Source of the DNA: Nitrospira sp.
Lineage (GTDB): Bacteria > Nitrospirota > Nitrospiria > Nitrospirales > Nitrospiraceae
DNA: 38,756 nt
Direction of reading: 5' to 3'
NCBI GenBank assembly: GCA_016873525.1
Contig: VGXD01000001.1
Span: forward strand, 1-38,756
The translations under genes and the position numbers were made by a program. Of the stretch, positions 16,067 through 24,244 are shown piece after piece. Each line of letters begins with the position of its first letter. Position 1 is the stretch's first letter. The notes under the pieces were generated by a model, which saw nothing but the letters and a program-made list of their open reading frames with translations, did no database searches and was not told the DNA's origin.

Positions 16067-16997
16067 TCCGCATCCGATTCGGCGCCTCCGGTGGCGGCCG
16101 TTGCCCGTTTTTGCGGCTGCCCTGTTGGCCGTGCTGTTGAATGCGCCGCTGTCGGGGGCCGCGTCCAAGCCCACCCTGGTTTCATCCCCCGCGACTTCCC
16201 CCGTCAGTTTCCTCGAACGGTCTCGGTCCTTCAGGCTGTCTCACGGACATTCTCCGGCAGCCCACGGCATTCTGCTCAAAGACCTCACGTCGGGAAAAAC
16301 GCTGTACGAGTACGAGTCCGACCGCAGGCTCTCCCCGGCCAGCTTGACCAAAATCATGACCGCCCTGGTCATCCTGGAATATGGACAACTCCAAGACCAC
16401 GTCACCGTGAGCCGCAAGGCCGCCGCCGCCCCAAGGACCCACCTGCGACTGCGAGCCGGACAGGTGTTTCGCCTTGAGGACCTCTTGAAGGCCATGCTGA
16501 TCACGTCCGCCAATGATGCCTGTCTGGCGGCCATCGAACACGTGGCAGGGTCTGAGGAGCAGTTCGTCGATCTGATGAACGCGAAGGTGCGCACCCTCGG
16601 TCTGTCGGATACTCATTTCAGCAACGGCTGCGGCTTTGACGCCCCCGATCACTACGCCACGGCGAACGATTTGGCCAAGTTGAGCGAGATCGCCCTTCAA
16701 AACCCGATCTTCAGGGCCTTGGTGCGGGAAGAAATCGAGGTCATCAGCGCCGTCAATGTGAACCGCTCGTTCCTGCTCAAAACCACCAACCGGTTGCTTG
16801 GCCGGCTACCAGGCGTCGAGGGCGTCAAAACAGGGTTCACCTCCCGGGCCGGGCGCTGCCTCATCGCCAAGGTCTCCCAGGACGGCAAAGAGCTGCTGCT
16901 GGTCCTGCTCCATGCCAACCGACGCTGGAACACGGCCACCAGCCTCATCAATTACGGTCTTCAATCGGTTGAAGAACCGGTCGCCAGCCTAAGATAG
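16032..16997 (+). CDS. D-alanyl-D-alanine carboxypeptidase (S11 penicillin-binding protein)
   Basis: SLTK (SxxK), SAND (SxN) and KTGFT (KTG) motifs, plus a signal peptide. Start GTG 16032 is uncertain; ATT 16077 and TTG 16101 are alternatives. Confidence 0.85.
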   Translation: MAPRLVRPSRSNPHPIRRLRWRPLPVFAAALLAVLLNAPLSGAASKPTLVSSPATSPVSFLERSRSFRLSHGHSPAAHGILLKDLTSGKTLYEYESDRRLSPASLTKIMTALVILEYGQLQDHVTVSRKAAAAPRTHLRLRAGQVFRLEDLLKAMLITSANDACLAAIEHVAGSEEQFVDLMNAKVRTLGLSDTHFSNGCGFDAPDHYATANDLAKLSEIALQNPIFRALVREEIEVISAVNVNRSFLLKTTNRLLGRLPGVEGVKTGFTSRAGRCLIAKVSQDGKELLLVLLHANRRWNTATSLINYGLQSVEEPVASLR

Positions 16998-17051
16998 AAT
17001 TATCGGAGAGGAGGGGCGGTAGGCCGACACGAAGACGCGCGCGGCCGGCCC

Positions 17052-17585
17052 CTAGTGCGGAAGCTCGAACTCGATGTTCACGTCCTTGCCGAGGTAGTTG
17101 ACCAGGACCCCCTGCTTCTCGTAATTCAACAACGCGCCCATCACGTTCTCGTCCCCATAATCCTCTTTGCCCAGGAGCTTGCGAATATCGTCCGGGCTCT
17201 CACTGTTGAGAACGTTCCGAAAGATCCCCCGCACCTTGTAGGCAAAGCGGTTATTGATGAAGATCAAATTGACCTTCCCGTCCATCAAGCGTACGCCGGC
17301 CATCGGCCCGGTGGGTTTGCGCTGGTCCAGCAGCAGAATAAAAGTCGCCTCCTGTTCCGCCTTGACTCCGGGAATCTTTTCATTGACCAGGATGTCCACC
17401 GCTTTGCTTTCAGGATCGCCCAGCTTCACGCCGAAGAGGGAGACCTCCGAACTCTTGATCTGTTTGGGATCCATCACGTCGTTCTTGCTGAGTTCGTAGG
17501 GTTCGGCCCCAGCAATTTCCACGATCCCAACCAGAATCGAGAATCCCACCGAGGCCAGCAAGATCGGCCACTGTCTGACGTTCAT
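17052..17585 (-). CDS. Hypothetical exported or membrane-anchored protein
   Basis: N-terminal hydrophobic segment. AAGGAGGAA sits 5 nt before ATG 17585. Protein-like composition; no family recognised. Confidence 0.6.
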   Translation of the reverse strand: MNVRQWPILLASVGFSILVGIVEIAGAEPYELSKNDVMDPKQIKSSEVSLFGVKLGDPESKAVDILVNEKIPGVKAEQEATFILLLDQRKPTGPMAGVRLMDGKVNLIFINNRFAYKVRGIFRNVLNSESPDDIRKLLGKEDYGDENVMGALLNYEKQGVLVNYLGKDVNIEFELPH

Positions 17586-17749
17586 CACTTCCTCCTTGAC
17601 GCCTCTGCCGGCAGAACGCGCAGGCCGTTTTCCACGCCCTATGGCACCTTAAATGCCGAAGAAAAGTTCGCGCATTGTAGCCGACGAGGACTGAACTTGC
17701 AAGGCAACCAAGGCCGAACATCCGGCAGGCCCACCGCCCACCGAGCGCA

Positions 17750-18685
17750 TTAACTGACCGCGCGGACACGGGGCCGACCCGTGGGGCTCGCTTCCTTATC
17801 CAACTCAAGGAAGGTCGTCCGACACAAGCGAATGAATTCTTGCGCCGCGCGACCCAGGTGGCGGCCGGCCAGGTAGGCCAACACCACCGGATGCTTGGGC
17901 ACCGGATCATGGAGACGAATCACCCGCAGCGCCTGGCCACGCAGACGCTGCCGCACATAGAATTCCGGCAGGATGCTCAAGCCGGCCCCGTGCCTGACCG
18001 CCTCCAGAATGCCTTCCGGTGCGGTCATTTCGACGGACACCTGGGGCTTGACCCCTGCCCGGGCACATTCCGCCTCAACCATTTTGCGCAGGCAGTAATC
18101 AACGGGCATCAACACCAAGGGAAACTTGGCTAACTCTTCCATCCGCATCCGAGAAACAGCCGGCCGAAAGTCTGCGGGAGCGACGAGGACCAGTGTTTCA
18201 TCAAACAAATGAACCGTGGCAAGTCGATCTTCGTTCGGAGGAAGCAAACAGAGGCCCAAGTCTCGCCGGTGAGCCAACAGGTCTGCGACGATGTCGGAGG
18301 ACGGCTGAGCATGAACCTGGAGATGGACGTTGGGAAACCGGCCTCGGAACCGACAGACCAGCGGGGGGATGAGGTAGGAATTGACGGTGGACAGCGCCCC
18401 GACGATCAGTCGGCCACGCTCCGCTCCTTTCAACTCCTGGATCGCCTGCACACCTTGTTCGAGATCATCGAGGACGCGCACGGCGTGCTCGCGAAGGATC
18501 TCCCCGGCTTCCGTTAACGCGACGCGTCGCCCCATCCGGTCGAAGAGAGGCAGGCCGACCTCCTCTTCCAGCGCCGCAATCTGAACCGACAAGGAGGGTT
18601 GCGACACATGGATTATTTCAGCGGCTCGCGTGAAGTTTTCCTGCTTGGCCACTGCCAGGAAGTACCGTAGCTGGCGCATTTCCAT
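17750..18685 (-). CDS. LysR-family transcriptional regulator
   Basis: N-terminal wHTH (MRQLRYFLAVAKQENFTRAAEIIHVSQPSLSVQIAALEEEVG) and a LysR substrate-binding domain. Divergent from the globin operon. Confidence 0.92.
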   Translation of the reverse strand: MEMRQLRYFLAVAKQENFTRAAEIIHVSQPSLSVQIAALEEEVGLPLFDRMGRRVALTEAGEILREHAVRVLDDLEQGVQAIQELKGAERGRLIVGALSTVNSYLIPPLVCRFRGRFPNVHLQVHAQPSSDIVADLLAHRRDLGLCLLPPNEDRLATVHLFDETLVLVAPADFRPAVSRMRMEELAKFPLVLMPVDYCLRKMVEAECARAGVKPQVSVEMTAPEGILEAVRHGAGLSILPEFYVRQRLRGQALRVIRLHDPVPKHPVVLAYLAGRHLGRAAQEFIRLCRTTFLELDKEASPTGRPRVRAVS

Positions 18686-18708
18686 CGCGATCCCCCCTTG
18701 CTTCTAAT

Positions 18709-18763
18709 TTGACATAGTATAAACGTATCGATTTTATAAAAACAATATATTTGCTCTATCGAT
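18709..18763. promoter_or_regulatory. AT-rich divergent control region with LysR-type dyads
   Basis: TATAAA-N9-TTTATA dyad (18718-38). Two copies of TATCGAT lie 31 bp apart (18726-32 and 18757-63). TTGACA at 18709-14 on plus; TATACT -10-like hexamer on minus for lysR. Confidence 0.45.
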
Positions 18764-18826
18764 AGTATGGCGGGTACCATCACGTCGTCAACCGCAAAGC
18801 GTTCACCAACAAAGGAGGGTTGCACG

Positions 18827-19285
18827 GTGAAACAACAAGGCAGAGTCCTCGTCATCGGGGCCATGGCCGGTCTTTTCCTGGGAGCGATCGGCTGTTCCGG
18901 TCTGGAACCCACGGGAGGCGTGTCATCAACGTCGCTTTACGACCGGCTGGGCGGCAAGCCGGCCATCACAGCCGTGGTGGACCAATTCGTCGCCAACGTA
19001 GCCCAAGATGCCAGGATCAACGGGCGCTTCTCGACGACGGATATTCCAAGGCTGAAAACGCACCTGGTCGACCAAGTCTGCATGGCCTCCGGCGGCCCCT
19101 GCGCCTATACGGGCGGGGATATGAAGACAACCCACGCCGGCATGAGGATCTCTACCGCGGATTTTACCGCGTTGGTGGAAGACCTCGTAAGCGCGCTCGA
19201 TAGGTTCAAGGTCCCGGAACGGGAACAGGGGGAGCTGTTGGGGCTGCTGGGCCCCATGCAAAAGGACATCGTCGAATTGCCGTGA
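18827..19285 (+). CDS. glbN: Group I truncated haemoglobin (trHbN-like) with lipoprotein-type signal peptide
   Basis: SLYDRLGG...VVDQF...GGPCAYTGGDMKTTHAGMRI aligns gap-free by eye with remembered trHbN. The N-terminus VKQQGRVLVIGAMAGLFLGAIGCSG is signal/lipobox-like. AAGGAGGG lies 7 nt before GTG 18827. Confidence 0.85.
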   Translation: MKQQGRVLVIGAMAGLFLGAIGCSGLEPTGGVSSTSLYDRLGGKPAITAVVDQFVANVAQDARINGRFSTTDIPRLKTHLVDQVCMASGGPCAYTGGDMKTTHAGMRISTADFTALVEDLVSALDRFKVPEREQGELLGLLGPMQKDIVELP

Positions 19286-19881
19286 CGCAACACTTTGTCG
19301 TCTACAGCGATTTCAACTGTCCCTTCTGTTACGCCCTCAACGAACGCCTAGGAGCAGGGGGAAACGGGGAGGGGGCGGCCTGGCGGGGCGTCCAACACGC
19401 CCCCCACCTTCCCGTCCCCGTGGCGTCCTGGCGCAACGATATGGCGGAGGACTTGGAGTTTGAGGTCCAGTCTGTCCAGAGACTGGCCCCCGAACTCCCG
19501 ATCATGGTCCCGGCTGGAAAACCGAATACCGCTCGGGCCATAAGGGCCACGGCCTTGGCGTATAGTTTGGATCCGCAACGCGCATCTTCGTTCAAGGACC
19601 TGCTCTATCGGGCCTTGTGGTGCGAAGGCGCCGATCTCTCCGATTCCGCCACCCTCGTTGATTTGGCTGCAAGGGTCGGATTCGGACCGCTAGCGTTCTC
19701 GGCCTTGGATGGTCGTCAAATCTCCGCCGTCGTTGCACGGTGGCAGCAAGACTGGGAGCAAACCCGCGTCGGCGCGGTGCCGGCACTGATTCGATCTGAC
19801 GGCAAGCAGCTCGTGGGACTTGTGGGAGAAGGCCGGCTTCGGGCCTTCCTCAAGCCCGATAACCCGGTCCATCATGGATGA
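19282..19881 (+). CDS. DsbA-family (thioredoxin-fold, CPFC) oxidoreductase, no signal peptide
   Basis: FVVYSDFNCPFCY active-site motif at the N-terminus; DsbA/FrnE-like length. GTG 19282 overlaps the globin TGA (GTGA). Confidence 0.75.
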   Translation: MTQHFVVYSDFNCPFCYALNERLGAGGNGEGAAWRGVQHAPHLPVPVASWRNDMAEDLEFEVQSVQRLAPELPIMVPAGKPNTARAIRATALAYSLDPQRASSFKDLLYRALWCEGADLSDSATLVDLAARVGFGPLAFSALDGRQISAVVARWQQDWEQTRVGAVPALIRSDGKQLVGLVGEGRLRAFLKPDNPVHHG

Positions 19882-19893
19882 AGAAGGCCCCGT

Positions 19894-20178
19894 TTACAGC
19901 GGGTGAGCTGCGAGTAGATGTAGGCCCAACGTCCGCAACCGTTCGAAGTACGCTCCCGCTTCCTCAGGAAGAGTGGGCAAAAGACCGTTGAGATCCTCCA
20001 GGCAACTTTTCAGAATCTCGACGCGTTGTGGGTCGAGCCCTTCCGTGGATTCCAGGTAGTACGTGACACAGCCGCTGATCACGGTGTCCAGCGTCATCAG
20101 CGCGCCTTCGTTGGGGTCCGAGAATCTGGGCCAGTCCGAGTCACGATGGATCTGCCAGAGGGAGAGGACCTCGCTCAC
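19894..20178 (-). CDS. Hypothetical small cytoplasmic protein (94 aa)
   Basis: GTG 20178 overlaps the TGA of the upstream gene (GTGA). The longer track ORF (to 20526) overlaps that gene out of frame with an Arg/Gly/Pro-rich translation and was trimmed. Confidence 0.5.
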   Translation of the reverse strand: MSEVLSLWQIHRDSDWPRFSDPNEGALMTLDTVISGCVTYYLESTEGLDPQRVEILKSCLEDLNGLLPTLPEEAGAYFERLRTLGLHLLAAHPL

Positions 20179-20564
20179 GGCGTGCCCCGCAGCGTATCGA
20201 TCGCCAACAATGTGGCCAGGACAATCAGCACCGTTCCGGACAGCCGATGGACCCAGAGCGGGATGCGGCCCCACCGGCCAAGCAGGCGCTCGCGCAACCG
20301 CGGCGAGGCGCCGAGCAGAATCATGCCCTTGATGACCATCAGCGCACCAACGGAGACCCAGAGCCAATGGCCTTCCTGCGTGGACGATCCCACCAGCAAG
20401 ACCAGCCCGCCCAGGATCATCCCCTGCGTCAGCAGAAACCGAGGGAGGGGATCCGTCAGGACCCTTCCGATCCGGGCGCGCCACCGGGCCGGCAGGGTGA
20501 TCATCGTCACGCCCATGGCCAGCCAAGTCAGGGCAACCAGTCCGAACAGCGGCAACGTCAGCAT
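20175..20564 (-). CDS. Membrane protein, internal duplication of a YjeT/DUF2065-like two-helix module (paralog 2)
   Basis: Two repeats of hydrophobic helix-(G)(V/M)..(I/L)..P.(R/W)(W/L)R......-helix, parallel to the upstream paralog. Start is ATG 20564 (ATG 20597 alternative). Confidence 0.6.
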   Translation of the reverse strand: MLTLPLFGLVALTWLAMGVTMITLPARWRARIGRVLTDPLPRFLLTQGMILGGLVLLVGSSTQEGHWLWVSVGALMVIKGMILLGASPRLRERLLGRWGRIPLWVHRLSGTVLIVLATLLAIDTLRGTP

Positions 20565-20568
20565 GGCG

Positions 20569-20964
20569 TCACTGGACTCCCAACCAGCCCAAGGCATTCA
20601 ACAAGAGAAGGGCCAAGGTACAGAGTCCGAGCCCCCAAAACCGGTAGTCAACATCCTCTCGGTGCAAGCACCAGGTCAACGCCCCGGTTTTCCACTCCTG
20701 GGGTCCGACGGCCAGGAACAACCCCTTGACGACCATGGCCGTACCGGTGACCGTCCAGAGGAGTTCGTAGTGAAGCCCCCGGGAACCGAGGAGCAGGATG
20801 ATGCCCAGGCAGATGGCCACGCCCTCCCAGCGCAGCATGGCCGAAGACAGGTCCAGCACTTCCCGGACGCGGGCGATCACCTGGCGAGGCGCGACCAGCA
20901 GCGCCAGCCCATCGGCCATCCAGATCCCGGCAATCGCCGCTAAGAGGTACTTCATCGTTTCCAT
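20569..20964 (-). CDS. Membrane protein, internal duplication of a YjeT/DUF2065-like two-helix module (paralog 1)
   Basis: LLAAIAGIWMADGLALLVAPRQVIARVREVL..MLRWEGVAICLGIILLLG resembles remembered E. coli YjeT. The second half repeats the pattern (VKGLFLAVGPQEW...RFWGLGLCTLALLLL). Confidence 0.6.
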   Translation of the reverse strand: METMKYLLAAIAGIWMADGLALLVAPRQVIARVREVLDLSSAMLRWEGVAICLGIILLLGSRGLHYELLWTVTGTAMVVKGLFLAVGPQEWKTGALTWCLHREDVDYRFWGLGLCTLALLLLNALGWLGVQ

Positions 20965-20975
20965 TCGTCGTAGCG

Positions 20976-21000
20976 CCCCTTCGGCCTGAGGCCGAAGGGG
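20976..21000 (-). terminator. Strong GC hairpin downstream of gdh (11-bp perfect stem, 3-nt loop), no U-tract
   Basis: ccccttcggcc tga ggccgaagggg. It sits 20 nt after the gdh stop and 12 nt before the next start. Confidence 0.4.
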
Positions 21001-21020
21001 ACCCGGACAGAATCCACAGG

Positions 21021-22280
21021 CTAGGGATATAACCCGCGAGCCAGGTGCGCCTGGGCCACCTTGTCGATCCCGCTCATCAGCGCCGCCATCCGCATCGAGA
21101 CCTGCCGCGTCGTCGCAAACTGGAGCGTCCGATGAAAGGCCTCGGTAATAATTTCGTGCAGCCGATCACGAATGTCCTGTTCCTTCCAGAAAAATCGCTG
21201 CACATCCTGGACCCATTCGAAGTAGGATACGATCACCCCGCCGGAATTGGCCAGGATATCCGGAATAATGAAGACGCCGTTGGCGATCAAAATCCGATCC
21301 GCCTCCAGAGTCGTCGGGCCGTTGGCGCCCTCCGCCAAAATTCTGCACCGGACTTTGGCGGCATTATGTTGCGTGATCTGTTCCGAAAGAGCTGCCGGGA
21401 CCAGGACCGTGCAGTCCAGCCCCAGTAACTCCTCGTTGGTGACGGCCTCCCCCATCTTGATGTCGCAAAGCGACTGACGACCGGCTGAGCGGTACCGGGT
21501 CAACAAGTCCGGAATGTCCAACCCCTTCGGGTTATAGAGTCCGCCCGTTTTATCGCTGACCGCGATGACCTTGGCCCCGGCCTCTTGCATGATCCGAGCG
21601 GTGTGCGACCCGACATTGCCGAATCCCTGCACCGCCACCGTGGCCCCGCGAACGTCCATGCCGAGGTGCTGCATGGCCTCCAAGGTCACATCGACCACGC
21701 CCCGTCCCGTCGCCTCTTCGCGCCCGAGGCTGCCGCCGATCGACAGCGGCTTGCCCGTCACCACTCCGGGCACGGCAAAGCCCATCTGTTGGCTATAGGT
21801 GTCCATGATCCAGGCCATAACCTGCGCATCGGTGCCGACGTCCGGAGCCGGCACGTCCTTGTCCGGGCCGATGAGCGGGAAAATCTCCGCCGCATAGCGA
21901 CGGGTCAGCCGCTGAAGTTCCCCGCGCGACAACTGTTCCGGCGCCACCTGGACCCCGCCCTTCGCCCCGCCATAGGGCAGGCCGGCCAGCGCGCATTTCC
22001 ACGTCATCCACATGGCCAGCGCGGCCACCTCGCCGAGGTTGACGTCGGGATGGTAGCGAATCCCTCCCTTGGACGGGCCTCGCGACGAGTCGTGCTTCAC
22101 ACGGTAGCCCGTGAAGACCTTGACGGTGCCGTCGTCCATCCGCACCGGCACGCTCACGATGAGCGACCGCTCCGGCAAGGTCAGCCGCTCCCGCAGATTC
22201 GGATCCAGCTTCATCTGCTCGGCGGCTTGGTCGAACTGCGCCACCGCCAACCGAAACGTGTGATTGTCCAGCTCGTTCAC
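21021..22280 (-). CDS. gdhA: NAD(P)-specific glutamate dehydrogenase
   Basis: GGIRYHP, the KCALAGLPYGGAKGG catalytic Lys region, and GFGNVG Rossmann motif. GTG 22280 overlaps the lipB TGA. Confidence 0.95.
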   Translation of the reverse strand: MNELDNHTFRLAVAQFDQAAEQMKLDPNLRERLTLPERSLIVSVPVRMDDGTVKVFTGYRVKHDSSRGPSKGGIRYHPDVNLGEVAALAMWMTWKCALAGLPYGGAKGGVQVAPEQLSRGELQRLTRRYAAEIFPLIGPDKDVPAPDVGTDAQVMAWIMDTYSQQMGFAVPGVVTGKPLSIGGSLGREEATGRGVVDVTLEAMQHLGMDVRGATVAVQGFGNVGSHTARIMQEAGAKVIAVSDKTGGLYNPKGLDIPDLLTRYRSAGRQSLCDIKMGEAVTNEELLGLDCTVLVPAALSEQITQHNAAKVRCRILAEGANGPTTLEADRILIANGVFIIPDILANSGGVIVSYFEWVQDVQRFFWKEQDIRDRLHEIITEAFHRTLQFATTRQVSMRMAALMSGIDKVAQAHLARGLYP

Positions 22281-23053
22281 GCTCGTTCCCCTCCGTGTTC
22301 CAGACTCACCATCGAACGACGACGCTCCCTCTCACCGGCAACGCCGGCCACCGGGCCCTCGTCGGAGAAATCCGCGGCCGGTTCCGCGGCGCAGTCGACC
22401 TCCGTGATCCAATTGAGCCCGAAGACCTCGGCAAAATGATCCGCAATCCTCTGACGGACCAGCGCCACATCGACCGACTGACCGAGGAGTTCGGCCATGG
22501 ATGTCACGCGACAGCCGGCGATGCCACAGGGAACGATCCGCTGGAACGGCGCCAGATCGACGGTCGCGTTCAGGGCAAAGCCATGCATCGTGACGCCTCG
22601 GGCAATCCGCACGCCCAGGGCCGCGATCTTCGCCGGCTCCGGTCCGACCCAGACGCCGGGCAACCGCTCCACCCGCCGTCCCGCAATGTCCCAGTCCGCC
22701 AAGGTCCTCATCAACACTTCTTCCAGCAACCGCACATAGGCTTTCGGTCCCGGACAAAAGTTCCTGAGACGAAGAATCGGGTAGCCGACGACTTGACCGG
22801 GACCGTGATAGGTCACGGACCCTCCGCGCTCCACGCGGTAGAGGGAATACCCGGACTCGCGCAGGCCTTGCTCATCGCCCCAATGAGCCGCACCGCCGCT
22901 TCGCCCGACCGTAAAGACCGGCTCATGCTCCAAGAGGAGCAACGTATCGGGGCGACACCCCGTGATGCGCTCTTCGACCAGACGGCGTTGAAGGTCCCAG
23001 GCCGACGCGTAGTCGAGTCGATCATGGGTCACGAGGATGCCTGGGCTGGTCAT
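22277..23053 (-). CDS. lipB: Lipoyl(octanoyl) transferase LipB
   Basis: LLLLEHEPVFTVGR, RGGSVTYHGPGQVVGYPIL, KIAALGVRI and VPCGI motifs. ATG 23053 overlaps the htrA TGA (ATGA). Has a C-terminal extension of about 40 aa. Confidence 0.9.
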   Translation of the reverse strand: MTSPGILVTHDRLDYASAWDLQRRLVEERITGCRPDTLLLLEHEPVFTVGRSGGAAHWGDEQGLRESGYSLYRVERGGSVTYHGPGQVVGYPILRLRNFCPGPKAYVRLLEEVLMRTLADWDIAGRRVERLPGVWVGPEPAKIAALGVRIARGVTMHGFALNATVDLAPFQRIVPCGIAGCRVTSMAELLGQSVDVALVRQRIADHFAEVFGLNWITEVDCAAEPAADFSDEGPVAGVAGERERRRSMVSLEHGGERA

Positions 23054-24081
23054 CTCGCCCTTTTTAACGGCACGGTGAACTGGCCGTTCCTGCCGTAGAC
23101 GGTGAGCTGCGCCGGGGCCTGCTCGCCGGAACGCAGAAAGGCGTGCCAAAAATCCCCGATGTTGTAGAGTTGGCTGTCGTCGATGGCTGTAATGACATCG
23201 CCGACCTGAAGCCCGGCTTCAGCCGCCAACCGAGCCGGTTCAACCTGCAGCACCGCGACCCCCCGGTCCACCTCCAGGTTGAAGCTGGCGGCGAGGCTGG
23301 GCGTCACCGTCGCCGGGACAAACCCGATATCGGGCCGCAGGACCGTCCCGCGCTCCAAGAGGGATTGAATGTTGGGCGAGACGGCATCGATGGAAATCGC
23401 GTAACTGATCGCCTGCGCCGAGGGGGCGACGGCGGCATTGATCCCCACCACACGCCCGGACAAATCGACCAAGGGGCCTCCGCTGTTGCCCGGATTGATG
23501 GCCGCATCGGTCTGGATCAGGTCATACAGCGTTTCCCCGTTCGGAGCCAGAATCGACCGGTCCAGGGCGCTGACCACGCCCACCGTCACCGTGGACCCTC
23601 CCTTCAAGGCGAAGGGATTGCCGATCGCGACCACGGTCTCGCCGATCTGGAGTTTCGAGGACTCGCCGAAGCGGGCGGCGACAAGGTCCTTGGCGGAAAT
23701 CTTGATCACGGCCAAGTCCAGCAGGAAATCTCGGCCCATCACACGCCCCGGCGTCAACCGCCCGGTCGGAAGCCCCACGACGACGCTTTTGACCCCCTCG
23801 ACCAAATGGTTGTTGGTGAGGACATAGCCCCGTTCATCGATGATCAGCCCCGATCCGGACCCTGGCTGAGAGGGGTGCTGAACGGCCGAAGGCGGCACGC
23901 CCCGCGTCATGATCGTGACCACCGAGGGCCGCACCGCCGCCACCACCTCAGGAATTGTCATCTCCTTCTGCTTCACGGAGGCGACGCCGTTGTCGGACAA
24001 GGCTCGCTCGGCGACCCCTCCCGCCAAGCTGAGGGCTACGACCGCAAGTCCCATGGCCCAGATTGTCTTGCGCAAGCTCAT
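23050..24081 (-). CDS. HtrA/DegP-family (S1C) serine protease with one PDZ domain
   Basis: Catalytic triad contexts TNNHLV, DLAVIKI and GNSGGPL. C-terminal PDZ (GLQVGDVITAID). N-terminal signal/anchor from M at 24081. Confidence 0.9.
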   Translation of the reverse strand: MSLRKTIWAMGLAVVALSLAGGVAERALSDNGVASVKQKEMTIPEVVAAVRPSVVTIMTRGVPPSAVQHPSQPGSGSGLIIDERGYVLTNNHLVEGVKSVVVGLPTGRLTPGRVMGRDFLLDLAVIKISAKDLVAARFGESSKLQIGETVVAIGNPFALKGGSTVTVGVVSALDRSILAPNGETLYDLIQTDAAINPGNSGGPLVDLSGRVVGINAAVAPSAQAISYAISIDAVSPNIQSLLERGTVLRPDIGFVPATVTPSLAASFNLEVDRGVAVLQVEPARLAAEAGLQVGDVITAIDDSQLYNIGDFWHAFLRSGEQAPAQLTVYGRNGQFTVPLKRAR

Positions 24082-24178
24082 TCCGTCCCTTCTTGCTCGC
24101 CGCCCTCGCACACCTCGCCTCCGCAAACGTCCCCATTGTCTCCCAATTGACGTTTAGTCTCAAGCTCCTTCGCGCGCT

Positions 24179-24213
24179 GGAAATAAAACGGGCGAGACTT
24201 GCGCCTCGCCCGT
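24179..24213 (-). terminator. Rho-independent terminator of the sigma factor gene
   Basis: 9-bp stem acgggcgag / ctcgcccgt with an 8-nt loop. On the minus strand it is followed by TTTATTT. It lies 32 nt after the TAA stop. Confidence 0.7.
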
Positions 24214-24244
24214 GACTGCCCCCGACCGTGATTCTTGTCTGTAC

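Noticed and set aside
19894-20526. Full 210-aa version of the minus-strand ORF
   Set aside because: The first 116 codons overlap the DUF2065-like gene out of frame and are Gly/Pro/Arg/Ala-rich. I trimmed it to the GTG at 20178, which overlaps the upstream stop.
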